Below are positions 1 through 9,928 of a stretch of 40,832 nucleotides of DNA, in pieces (within the stretch, counting starts at the first letter, position 1; the number at the start of each line of letters is the position of its first letter). The notes beneath the pieces were generated by a model, which saw only the letters and a program-made list of their open reading frames with translations, did no database searches and had not been told where the DNA came from. This DNA comes from Candidatus Ancaeobacter aquaticus. Lineage in GTDB: Bacteria; Auribacterota; Ancaeobacteria; Ancaeobacterales; Ancaeobacteraceae. The translations under genes and the position numbers were made by a program. The DNA is taken from positions 1 to 40,832 of the forward strand of contig JAVCCP010000025.1 in the NCBI GenBank assembly GCA_030765405.1, read 5' to 3'.

Positions 1-4
1 CTAT

Positions 5-82
5 TGGTAGCCCCAACGGGATTTGAACCCGTGTCTCAGCCTTGAGAGGGCTGTGTCCTAGACCAGGCTAGACGATGGGGCC
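5..82 (-). tRNA. tRNA-Glu (anticodon CTC)
   Basis: Reverse complement folds as a cloverleaf: acceptor GGCCCCA/TGGGGCT, anticodon arm CAGCC-CTCTCAA-GGCTG, T-loop GGTTCAAATCC, encoded CCA. Confidence 0.95.
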
Positions 83-102
83 ACATTTCAAAAAGAAATC
101 GT

Positions 103-131
103 ATACTATCACCTCTTACTTAAGATAGCAA
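103..131 (-). promoter_or_regulatory. Putative sigma70 promoter of tRNA-Glu
   Basis: Minus strand TTGCTA-17 nt-TAGTAT with a TG extended -10 motif, about 20 nt upstream of the tRNA. Confidence 0.55.
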
Positions 132-216
132 TGTCGTTTTTGGATAACAACCTTCCCTTCACCGCCCGCGGTGCACAAAACATTTTCACTGCGGCGGCGG
201 AAAGATTGTATGATAA

Positions 217-1176
217 TCAACCGTTATATTTTGTGCCGTTTACTTTTGTTTTGTCATCGAAAAGCCATGTAGAAAGATATCGTTCGCCGGAATCACATTG
301 CACAACCACTATCGTTTTCCCTACTGCTTCTTTTCGTTTTGCAACTTCGATTGCAGCCCACATCAGTGCACCGCTTGATATACCAACAAGGACACCCTCT
401 TCTTTTGCAAGACGCCTGGCAACGAGACCTGCTTCAGCGTGCCCGACTGTCATTATCTCGTCTACTACATCCATATCAAGAACTTCGGGAACAAATCCCG
501 GTCCTATACCCTGTATTTTGTGCGGCCCTGGCTTTCCACCGGATAATATCGGTGAATCTACCGGTTCGATCGCTATAATCTTAATGTCAGGATTTTTTTG
601 TTTTAACGCTGTTCCAACACCAGTTACTGTTCCACCAGTACCGACACCAGCGATAAAATAATCCACTTTTCCGTCCGTATCATTCCAAATCTCTTCTGCC
701 GTAGTCCTGCGATGCACTTCAGGGTTTGCAGGATTATTAAACTGTTGCGGCACGAAACTGTTTGGCGTCTCATTGACCAGTTCTTGCGCTTTATCGACTG
801 CGCCTTTCATGCCTTTAGCTCCTTCGGTCAGAATGAGCTCTGCTCCGAATATCTTCAAGAGCTGCCGCCGTTCAATGCTCATTGTATCCGGCATAGTCAA
901 AATAAGCTTATACCCTTTGGCAGCACAGACAAACGCAAGCGCAATGCCAGTATTACCGCTTGTCGGCTCTATAATAACCGTATCTTTATTGATCAGGCCC
1001 TGGCTTTCAGCGGCTTCGATCATCGCTAACCCTATTCTGTCTTTTACACTCGCCAGTGGATTAAAAAACTCCATCTTAGCTAAAATGGTCGCAGGTAATC
1101 CCTTCGTGAGCTTATTGATCCTTACCAGAGGAGTATTTCCTATTGTCTTTGTAATATCATCGTATATTTTACTCAT
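217..1176 (-). CDS. cysK: Cysteine synthase A (O-acetylserine sulfhydrylase)
   Basis: PLP lysine motif SVKDRIG, substrate loop [15 protein letters not shown] and HKIQGIG motifs; 319 aa. Confidence 0.96.
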   Translation of the reverse strand: MSKIYDDITKTIGNTPLVRINKLTKGLPATILAKMEFFNPLASVKDRIGLAMIEAAESQGLINKDTVIIEPTSGNTGIALAFVCAAKGYKLILTMPDTMSIERRQLLKIFGAELILTEGAKGMKGAVDKAQELVNETPNSFVPQQFNNPANPEVHRRTTAEEIWNDTDGKVDYFIAGVGTGGTVTGVGTALKQKNPDIKIIAIEPVDSPILSGGKPGPHKIQGIGPGFVPEVLDMDVVDEIMTVGHAEAGLVARRLAKEEGVLVGISSGALMWAAIEVAKRKEAVGKTIVVVQCDSGERYLSTWLFDDKTKVNGTKYNG

Positions 1177-1193
1177 ACCGCATCTCCTTCGTA

Positions 1194-2504
<1,311 letters not shown>

Positions 2505-2512
2505 TCATTTAT

Positions 2513-2953
2513 TTATATTGTGTAATTAATACATTTAACATCTAATTCTTTTGATTTCTGCAACAAGTCATGCAACGAGACTTCTTCCAATGTATCTGCA
2601 ATCTTCCCGCCCAACATGCCCCACAGGTGTTGTGTGACACGTAAAGACATATGCGCTCCGTGAGCTTGGTTTTGCGCACTTTCGACAAGATTAAAGTTTC
2701 CTTCCAATATTCCAACAATGTCTTTCATTGTGACATCCTTTGGAGGTTTGGCAAGCTCATACCCTCCATGTGCTCCACGATGTGATAACACAAAACCAGC
2801 CACCCTGAGCGGAATAATGATCTGGCTTAAATACTTTTCAGATATCTCCTCGCTGCGAGCAATATCTTTTAAGAAAACAGGTCCCTGCCCGTAATGCAAA
2901 CCCAAAACATACATAAGCCGCATACCATACTGGGCACGCGTTGATATTCTCAT
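2513..2953 (-). CDS. Rrf2-family transcriptional regulator, Cys-less (CymR-like)
   Basis: Rrf2 wHTH signature STRAQYG...KYLSQI...SHRGAHGGYELAKPP; the Fe-S-ligating Cys triad is absent. Confidence 0.9.
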   Translation of the reverse strand: MRISTRAQYGMRLMYVLGLHYGQGPVFLKDIARSEEISEKYLSQIIIPLRVAGFVLSHRGAHGGYELAKPPKDVTMKDIVGILEGNFNLVESAQNQAHGAHMSLRVTQHLWGMLGGKIADTLEEVSLHDLLQKSKELDVKCINYTI

Positions 2954-2965
2954 TGGTATCCTCCT

Positions 2966-2981
2966 CTACATAGTAACTAGT
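2966..2981. promoter_or_regulatory. Candidate Rrf2 operator (CTA-N3-A-N3-ACTAGT)
   Basis: Lies directly upstream of the rrf2 RBS and resembles the two sites at 9764 and 9810. Confidence 0.3.
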
Positions 2982-3007
2982 GTATTTCTTTACAGCAGAA
3001 AAAACAC

Positions 3008-3727
3008 TTATTTTTCACCAATTATTTCTAAAAACGTATCTTTTCCTATTTCTTCGATTAAATGACCAAGCCTCTGTCGCGATTTTGCATTCTCTTTAAA
3101 GAATGTGATAACTTTTTCAATCACAACAAGCACTTCATCTTCACTATACACTTTTTCTAGCTTGATACCTTCTCGTGGTGAGAGCCCTCCACACCCACCG
3201 AGATATACCGCAAAACCAATTTTCTTTTCAGGACTAGCCACATCAACCTGTCCATGGATCCCGATTTCAGATCCCCTTGGACGCGTACATCCATTTGGAC
3301 ATCCTGAAACAACTATCTTAAACTTATGTGGAAGGTCCATCCCGCACTCGATACCTTTTTTCTGAATTTTATCAAAAAGATCAAAGGTATTAACTAATCC
3401 TCGTTTACACCAATTTGTTCCCGGACATGCAGTCGTAGCACGAAGGCGTGGACCTGATGTTCCAGCATAAATTCCATTTTCTTCCATGATGTTCTCAATT
3501 TCAGATACCTTATCAATAGGGATAAACGGTATCTCTATTCCCTGTCTTACCGTAAGGTGGGTATATCCATTCCCGTATATTTTGGAAATATACGACAACT
3601 TCTCAAGCTGCTGAGCTGTATAATTACCACTATCCATACGAGTTCTAAGTGTCACACATCCTTCTTTCCGTGACTGCAAAAACCCTCTTTTTTTCAAATC
3701 ATCATAATCAATTTTATTTTCTGTCAT
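3008..3727 (-). CDS. Small single-repeat siroheme-[4Fe-4S] sulfite/nitrite reductase
   Basis: Ferredoxin-like half domain (HLTVRQGIEI) plus ligands C-X5-C (CPGTNWC) and C-X3-C (KFKIVVSGCPNGC); sits in a cys/siroheme operon. Confidence 0.85.
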   Translation of the reverse strand: MTENKIDYDDLKKRGFLQSRKEGCVTLRTRMDSGNYTAQQLEKLSYISKIYGNGYTHLTVRQGIEIPFIPIDKVSEIENIMEENGIYAGTSGPRLRATTACPGTNWCKRGLVNTFDLFDKIQKKGIECGMDLPHKFKIVVSGCPNGCTRPRGSEIGIHGQVDVASPEKKIGFAVYLGGCGGLSPREGIKLEKVYSEDEVLVVIEKVITFFKENAKSRQRLGHLIEEIGKDTFLEIIGEK

Positions 3728-3740
3728 ATCACAATCCTTT

Positions 3741-4979
3741 TTATAAGTTCTTTATAACCGTATGTATAACTCGTTTTGTTCTCTCAAGATCACTGCGTGT
3801 ATGAGAAAAAGATATAAAGTTTGCTTCATACTCTGAGGGTGCAAAATATATGCCGCCATCTAATAGTCCCTTATACATCTTTTGAAAAAGTTTCTGAGAT
3901 CCACATCTCACACTAAACATTGTCCCATACGATGTTGCTTTAATCTTTTTATTATACTTTTTACCTTGATCGTTGATTGTCTGAGAGAGCTCAGCTACCA
4001 TCTGAGCAATTCTTTTATAACAAGCTCGTAACCGTTTTAACTCAAGTAATGTACTCACTCCTGATGACATTACTATATGATTTCCACCAAATGTTGAAGC
4101 TTGATATACATTACCTAACGGTGCAAGATGTTTCATAATCTGGTTTTTACCGCCATATGCACCTATCGGTAAACCGCCACCGATTATTTTTCCTAAACAT
4201 ATAATGTCAGGGCTGACCCCGGCTATGTGTGCAAATGACCCATAGTGAAAACGAAATCCCGTAATTACCTCATCAAAAATAAGAAGCGATTTGTATTTTT
4301 TTGTTATCCTTCTTACCGCCCGGAGATACTTCTCGTTTGGTGCAGTAACCCCATAGTTACCCCCTACCGGTTCAATAATCACTGCTGCAATATCATCTCC
4401 ATGTTTTTTAAATAATTGCTCTAATTTTTCACTATTACCATATTCTGTAACAAGCGTATGTCTCACAAAATCCCGAGGCACACCATCACTTAATGATATC
4501 TTCTGTGTTGCCAGGCCTGATCCTCCTTCAACCAAGAGATAATCAGCGTGACCATGGTATGAATGTGCACATTTGACTATTTTATTTTTTTTCGTGTATC
4601 CTCGCGCTAAACGGATAGCTCCCATAACCGCTTCTGTCCCGGAATTAACAAACCGTATTTTTTCAATTGGCGGCACAGCATCTATAATCATCTTTGCAAG
4701 CTCAACCTCTTTACCGTGTGTGCTTCCAAAATGAAATCCATCAGGAAGTGACGTTTTCAACGCATCCACTACACTCTTTTTTGCATGACCTAATATCACT
4801 GCACCAAATGAAAGCACATAATCAATATAAGACTTACCGTCATAATCAAAAAGAGTTGAACCTCTTCCCTTTTTAAACAGGATAGGAGATATTCCCGCGT
4901 AACGGAATGATCGCACGGGACTATCTACCCCGCCAACCAGATACTTTTGAGCTTGTATGTGTAGTGATTTATTTGTCAT
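3741..4979 (-). CDS. hemL: Glutamate-1-semialdehyde 2,1-aminomutase
   Basis: GGVDSPVR, RFVNSGTEA, LIFDEVITGFR, GKIIGGGLP (PLP Lys) motifs. Confidence 0.95.
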   Translation of the reverse strand: MTNKSLHIQAQKYLVGGVDSPVRSFRYAGISPILFKKGRGSTLFDYDGKSYIDYVLSFGAVILGHAKKSVVDALKTSLPDGFHFGSTHGKEVELAKMIIDAVPPIEKIRFVNSGTEAVMGAIRLARGYTKKNKIVKCAHSYHGHADYLLVEGGSGLATQKISLSDGVPRDFVRHTLVTEYGNSEKLEQLFKKHGDDIAAVIIEPVGGNYGVTAPNEKYLRAVRRITKKYKSLLIFDEVITGFRFHYGSFAHIAGVSPDIICLGKIIGGGLPIGAYGGKNQIMKHLAPLGNVYQASTFGGNHIVMSSGVSTLLELKRLRACYKRIAQMVAELSQTINDQGKKYNKKIKATSYGTMFSVRCGSQKLFQKMYKGLLDGGIYFAPSEYEANFISFSHTRSDLERTKRVIHTVIKNL

Positions 4980-5928
4980 TATAATCTCTAATCGCTAGCG
5001 CAATATCTTTTGCATGATACGTAATTATGTAATCTGCACCTGCTCGTTTCATTGAGTGCATGATTTCATTTACCATGCCGTCTTCATCCCAGAGCCCCAT
5101 TGCGCTCCCATTTTTTACCAATGTATATTCACCGCTTACGTTATATACAGCAAGCGGATGATTATATGTATCTTTTGCTTTTCGGACTATATCTAGGTAT
5201 CCTAATCCAGGTTTCACCATGACAATATCTGCCCCTTCATCGATATCGCGAGAGATCTTATCCAGCGCCTTTTCACTCCTTCGGGGATCTAATTGATATG
5301 CACTTCTATTACCAAATTTCGGTGCTGAGTCAGCTATTTCCCTAAAAGGCCCATAAAAATGTGACGCAAACTTTGCCGAATATCCCATTATTTTTGTATG
5401 CGTAAAACCATTTTGATCAAGTTTTTTTCTAATTGCCGCTACCTGACCGTCAGCCATTGCTGAGGGACAAACATAGTCAGCACCGCTTGCAGCATGCGAA
5501 AGAGCAATTTCAGATAAGGCATTAAGTGTATCAGATAATTCAATAGTATCAGCGCCTTTTTTAATGATCCCGCAATGCCCATGAGTCGTATAATTACATA
5601 AACATACATCAGTAAATATTGTCACATCTTTCAGATGGTTTCTTATTTCTCTTACCGATGCACTCACAATATTCGTATCTGAATATGCTCCCGTGCCAGT
5701 CCATTCTTTATTTTTCGGTATACCAAAAAGTAATATGTTCCGGATACCTATTCTATGGAGTTCTCTGACTTCATCAATAAGTGCATCTAGAGAGTATCGG
5801 TATATTCCCTGCATAGAAGGTATCTCAGGAGATAACGATAAATCCTCGCGCACAAAAAGCGGATAGATCATATCGCTCAAAAGAATCCCGTTATATTCCT
5901 GATTTTGTTTTTCTTGTAGTTCTTGCAT
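4969..5928 (-). CDS. hemB: Porphobilinogen synthase (ALA dehydratase)
   Basis: Zn site DVCLCNYTTHGHCG, YSAKFAS, FYGPFR and MVKPG motifs. The N-terminal arm is atypical. Confidence 0.94.
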   Translation of the reverse strand: MQELQEKQNQEYNGILLSDMIYPLFVREDLSLSPEIPSMQGIYRYSLDALIDEVRELHRIGIRNILLFGIPKNKEWTGTGAYSDTNIVSASVREIRNHLKDVTIFTDVCLCNYTTHGHCGIIKKGADTIELSDTLNALSEIALSHAASGADYVCPSAMADGQVAAIRKKLDQNGFTHTKIMGYSAKFASHFYGPFREIADSAPKFGNRSAYQLDPRRSEKALDKISRDIDEGADIVMVKPGLGYLDIVRKAKDTYNHPLAVYNVSGEYTLVKNGSAMGLWDEDGMVNEIMHSMKRAGADYIITYHAKDIALAIRDYNDK

Positions 5929-5934
5929 ATTAAC

Positions 5935-6645
5935 TTACAACCTTTTTTCTACCACCTCTCCGACAATGAATACTGCCGGTGGCTGTATGTTTTCTTCTTT
6001 TACCTTTTTTACTATTGTTCCTATGGTTCCCTTAATGTACCGGGCTTTTTTATTGGTAGCTCGTTCAATAAATGCGCACGGTGTTTTTACGTTTCTACCA
6101 CTTTTACGTAATGCTTTTACTACATTGGCTATATTTCCCACTGCCATGAGATAGACTACTGTCCCACATAACGGTGCTTCTATCACAGCGTTCTTATCTT
6201 TTTTTCTTCCGGCAACAAGTGCAACTGACGATACTTTGTTTTTTATCGTAATCGGTATCCCCACACTTTCCGGACCAGCAAGCGCTGAGGTAACACCAGG
6301 AATCACTTCACACTCCACTTTTTTTCGTTTCAAATACGCTGCTTCTTCATATCCTCTGCTAAACACAAACGGATCCCCGCCTTTGAGGCGCACTACTGTC
6401 TTATATTTTTTTGCTTTTTCGTACAACAGTGCATTGATCTGGCGTTGTTCCAACAAATGCAGTCCATCGGCTTTTCCTACACATATCTTTTCGCATGATT
6501 TTCTCAAATGTTTTAATAACTGCGGTGATGATAAAAAGTCATACAACACGCAATCCGCTTTTTCAAGGGCACGCAGCCCCTTAACGGTAATAAGTTCAGG
6601 ATCACCTGGTCCCGCGCCAACAATGTATACTTTATTTGTTTTCAT
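5935..6645 (-). CDS. cobA: Uroporphyrinogen-III C-methyltransferase (stand-alone, no HemD fusion)
   Basis: VGAGPGDPELIT, VRLKGGDPFVF and IPGVTSA motifs. The start overlaps the hemC stop (TGATG). Confidence 0.93.
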   Translation of the reverse strand: MKTNKVYIVGAGPGDPELITVKGLRALEKADCVLYDFLSSPQLLKHLRKSCEKICVGKADGLHLLEQRQINALLYEKAKKYKTVVRLKGGDPFVFSRGYEEAAYLKRKKVECEVIPGVTSALAGPESVGIPITIKNKVSSVALVAGRKKDKNAVIEAPLCGTVVYLMAVGNIANVVKALRKSGRNVKTPCAFIERATNKKARYIKGTIGTIVKKVKEENIQPPAVFIVGEVVEKRL

Positions 6646-7307
6646 CACGATACTACTTTCTGCATATACATACTGTTATTTAGAATATTCTTTAGCCTGA
6701 CATTATCTTCTTTTATCTGCACGGCAAGCGCCCCCTGTAAAGGATGCGGGGTAATAACATTAAGTGGTATTATTTGTGAAATCCTTTTTTCAAGCCCCAA
6801 ACGCAAAAGCGCCGCGTGAGCAACAATTACAGCATCGTACTCACCCCTATCCAGTTTTTCAACCCTTTGGTCAATATTCCCGCGAATATCTTTTACATCT
6901 AGATCGTTACGATATCTCTTTATACTTTCATTACGGTTTACACTGCTTGTTCCCAAAACAGCACCAGAAGGAAGTGTGTCTAATGTATAACCGCCTCTTG
7001 CAACAAGACAGTCAAAACAACTGATTGATGGTGTCATAAGAGCAATACTAAGTGAATTTGGCATATTCTCATCTAAATCCTTCGCGCTATGAATAGCTAT
7101 ATCTATTTGGTCATGCAACAATGCCTGCTCAAGTTCGTAGGTAAAGAAATCGGTGTTTTCACGCACCGTTAAGGACGATACCTTATCCTTATCTCCCTTT
7201 GTTGCTATTTGCATGACATTAAATATCAACCCAGGAAAAAACGACCTAACTTCTTCTACCTGAGCGATTGCCAATCTACTTGGTCTTGTGCCTACCCGTA
7301 AACGCAT
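6645..7307 (-). CDS. hemC: Hydroxymethylbilane synthase homologue, short form (domains 1-2 only)
   Basis: GTRPSRLA, HSAKD, GTSS, RGN and QGAL motifs. It ends at 220 aa, before the usual EGGC cofactor-attachment segment. Confidence 0.85.
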   Translation of the reverse strand: MRLRVGTRPSRLAIAQVEEVRSFFPGLIFNVMQIATKGDKDKVSSLTVRENTDFFTYELEQALLHDQIDIAIHSAKDLDENMPNSLSIALMTPSISCFDCLVARGGYTLDTLPSGAVLGTSSVNRNESIKRYRNDLDVKDIRGNIDQRVEKLDRGEYDAVIVAHAALLRLGLEKRISQIIPLNVITPHPLQGALAVQIKEDNVRLKNILNNSMYMQKVVS

Positions 7308-8274
7308 AATTTCTTACCCCTCGTATACTAGAATCAACTTCATCTTTGATCATTTTCTCAGCTGCACGTAAGGCTTCAGCCACAGCACCACTCTTTTTAC
7401 TGACAGTGCCTATATCGTCAAGATTTTTTAGCGATACCCCAGATATTGTCTCTACAGTCGGCTCCACATTACGCGGTAAAGCTATATCATATATAAAAAG
7501 CTCTTTATTCCTTTTTACACTCACTTCATCCACAGTATGTTTTTTTAGAACATAGTGAGGACACGCTGAAGCACTAATAACAGCGTCTACGTGAGAGAGA
7601 TACTGTGATAGATCATCCAAGAGTATCGCTTTCCCCCCAGACATATTGGCTAATTGCCGTGATCTGGCATGTTTTTTTCGTGACGCAAAATACAGATTTG
7701 CACGCGGATCTTTCTTTTCAGCAAAGAGCCGGGCAATGGTTCCTGTTCCCACGATCATTATTTCTTTTTTACCGATGGTGATCCTTTTCTTCGCTATATC
7801 ATCTATAATATAGTCTGCAATGTCATACACTGCGCGATACAATCCGGACTTAACCCTTATTATAGCTGCATGCTCAAGTACGGTTTTCCATATATCATGC
7901 ACTCTCCCGAGAGGTACTGACTGATCTACCCATGATTCAAGCTGATCGTAGATTTGCTTTTCTCCTACAACTTGTGAAAGAAGTCCAGCTGCAAGCCGGA
8001 TCATATGAGTTACCACTTGTTTATTGTTCGTAATAGTATATCCGTACTGTCCCAATGCCGGCACACTATAGACTAGTTGAGCGATTATCTTCTGTGCGAT
8101 ATCCTCATCATGCATATAAGCATAGAGTTCGACTCTATTGCAGGTAAAAAGCACCGATACATCTTCTGCTATAGTACGCACTTTATGCACGATCTCATCA
8201 CGATTATGATACACGTTTTCACGTTGTGATAAAGATGCGGTATTATGATCGATTCCGATACAAAATAAACTCAT
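7276..8274 (-). CDS. hemA: Glutamyl-tRNA reductase (C-terminally short)
   Basis: Catalytic TCNRVE, GEKQI, Rossmann IVGTGTIA and DIALPRNVE motifs; 332 aa. Confidence 0.9.
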   Translation of the reverse strand: MSLFCIGIDHNTASLSQRENVYHNRDEIVHKVRTIAEDVSVLFTCNRVELYAYMHDEDIAQKIIAQLVYSVPALGQYGYTITNNKQVVTHMIRLAAGLLSQVVGEKQIYDQLESWVDQSVPLGRVHDIWKTVLEHAAIIRVKSGLYRAVYDIADYIIDDIAKKRITIGKKEIMIVGTGTIARLFAEKKDPRANLYFASRKKHARSRQLANMSGGKAILLDDLSQYLSHVDAVISASACPHYVLKKHTVDEVSVKRNKELFIYDIALPRNVEPTVETISGVSLKNLDDIGTVSKKSGAVAEALRAAEKMIKDEVDSSIRGVRNYAFTGRHKTK

Positions 8275-8716
8275 CCCAATTATCCTTTAGATACTTTTTT
8301 ATATCACGTGATAACTCTGGATCCTGTCCATCTGTATACACGGTAACAAGCACTTCCTTGTGACGCACAACAGCCGGAGATATATATGTAGAGTGCTTCT
8401 TGTTATCGACAACATTCACCAATATATTTTCTTGTTGAGCCCACATACTTACCTTCTCATTTACTGCAAGGTCATTCGTTGCTGCAATAACAAGCACGCT
8501 TTTTTTAATATCTGACCCGCGCACATTTCGTTCTTTCCACTGCAAGACACCCTTTGTATAAAGATTTGAAAGATACGTGGTAACGGTAGGAGAAACAACC
8601 GTTATGTTCGCTCCCGCTTTTATTAAAAGGCGCACCTTTCTTTCAGCGATACGGCCTCCTCCTACCACGACCACTTTTTTATCTTTCAACAATACTGCAA
8701 TGGGAAAATATTTCAT
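8243..8716 (-). CDS. Precorrin-2 dehydrogenase (SirC / CysG N-terminal-like)
   Basis: VVVVGGGRIAERK NAD-binding motif, AATND and LVNVVD. Start set at ATG 8716 (MKYFP, GGAG upstream); 157 aa. Confidence 0.85.
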   Translation of the reverse strand: MKYFPIAVLLKDKKVVVVGGGRIAERKVRLLIKAGANITVVSPTVTTYLSNLYTKGVLQWKERNVRGSDIKKSVLVIAATNDLAVNEKVSMWAQQENILVNVVDNKKHSTYISPAVVRHKEVLVTVYTDGQDPELSRDIKKYLKDNWDEFILYRNRS

Positions 8717-8721
8717 TACGT

Positions 8722-9441
8722 TTATACTCCAGGAAGTTTTTCCTTTAAAGGACGCGTATGAATACCGCATTCCCCTCCACATTTACTGGTACCAATCCAT
8801 CTACCGGCACGTTCATTATCATCGCTGGTAATATGTGAACACGGCGCACAACCCAGTGACCGATACCCGCGTGCATACAGCTGATTTACTTTCACCTGGT
8901 ACACTGCTAAATATTGCCATATTTCCCGTTCTTTCCAAATAAGAATCGGATTTAATTTCATCAGTCCTTTATCACGTTCTTCGACTTCCTGATAGTCTGT
9001 GCGTGTACGGCCCTCAGTACATCTCAGTCCGGTCACCCAAGAGTCAACATTCATTTCTTCAATCGCTCGTTTCACCGGCTCAACCTTTAATAGATCACAG
9101 CATTTGTCAGGGTCTGTTTTATATAATTGACCCTCTATTGTAACATCATTTTTATAAATTTTTAACTCTGGATATTGTACTACTGTCTCGCTCATGAAAT
9201 CTATCGTTTCAGTTGGTTTGAATCGCGTTGTCACAATAAATCCACGGATATCCTTACTGACCTTTTTCGCAAGATCCCATACAACAACTGAGTCTTTACC
9301 GAGACTATTTGCAACAACAAGCTTATCACCATAAATCTTATAGGCTTCATCGATCAATTCCAGTGAACGATCAACCTTTTCTTTAAAATTGAGTTTTTCC
9401 ACTAACTCTTTTAAATCAACTTTTTCATTTAAAATACTCAT
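8722..9441 (-). CDS. cysH: APS/PAPS reductase, Fe-S (APS-type)
   Basis: SLGKDS, CC...CxxC cluster ligands (KCCDLLKVEP, LGCAPC), ERAGRW and C-terminal ECGIH. Confidence 0.92.
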   Translation of the reverse strand: MSILNEKVDLKELVEKLNFKEKVDRSLELIDEAYKIYGDKLVVANSLGKDSVVVWDLAKKVSKDIRGFIVTTRFKPTETIDFMSETVVQYPELKIYKNDVTIEGQLYKTDPDKCCDLLKVEPVKRAIEEMNVDSWVTGLRCTEGRTRTDYQEVEERDKGLMKLNPILIWKEREIWQYLAVYQVKVNQLYARGYRSLGCAPCSHITSDDNERAGRWIGTSKCGGECGIHTRPLKEKLPGV

Positions 9442-9517
9442 CTTACCCCCTTTTAGTTTTTTTGATTATTTTTTTACTTTTTACTTTTGAGTTTTGATTA
9501 TTTCACACCCCCTGTAA

Positions 9518-9739
9518 TTAAATTTGATATTCCGGTTCCTTTGTTCTGCCAAAATCCAATTTGTTCCATATTCTTTCGTGCATGTAGTACAGAAATATCT
9601 TCACACTGTTTGCACCAATACCCACAATCAGAGACTCTTTGATATCTCCACTGTATATATAGACGGCGATGACGGTTGTCGCAAATGCTATGATTCTCCA
9701 GGTCAGTGATTTCACTAAAGATCTTTTTGGTAGATCCAT
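9518..9739 (-). CDS. DUF2061-like small membrane protein
   Basis: RSLVKSLTWR...YYMHERIW pattern with two hydrophobic helices. Start placed at ATG 9739 by a GGAGG RBS. Confidence 0.75.
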   Translation of the reverse strand: MDLPKRSLVKSLTWRIIAFATTVIAVYIYSGDIKESLIVGIGANSVKIFLYYMHERIWNKLDFGRTKEPEYQI

Positions 9740-9763
9740 GCATTCCTCCATATATTATTGCAT

Positions 9764-9827
9764 CTATCAACATACTAGTATTTAGTGTTAAAAAAATATG
9801 CTACTTCTTCTATCGACTTACTAGTAT
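9764..9827. promoter_or_regulatory. Two 18-bp direct repeats CTATCRACWTACTAGTAT (9764-9781, 9810-9827), candidate repressor sites
   Basis: 16/18 identical; one overlaps the -10 and start region of the operon promoter. Confidence 0.5.
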
Positions 9828-9853
9828 ATTACTATATCTACAGAATTTGTCAA
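9826..9853 (-). promoter_or_regulatory. Putative sigma70 promoter of the sulfur/siroheme operon
   Basis: Minus strand TTGACA-16 nt-TAATAT. Confidence 0.55.
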
Positions 9854-9928
9854 GGGGTGAAATGTATTTTTTTTTGCTATTATTCATAAGCACTTATGGT
9901 GTAGATGTTTATTTGTATTAAAAGCACC

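Noticed and set aside
157..204. GC-rich imperfect hairpin between cysK and tRNA-Glu as an ncRNA
   Set aside because: A single stem with no family features; most likely a terminator or stabiliser.
6600..6700. Frameshift or sequencing error explaining the short hemC
   Set aside because: The stop overlaps the cobA start and the downstream sequence is intact cobA, so no domain-3 coding sequence exists in another frame.
9752..9928. SAM or T-box leader for the cys/met operon
   Set aside because: AT-rich sequence with no recognisable aptamer; a promoter plus direct repeats explains it better.
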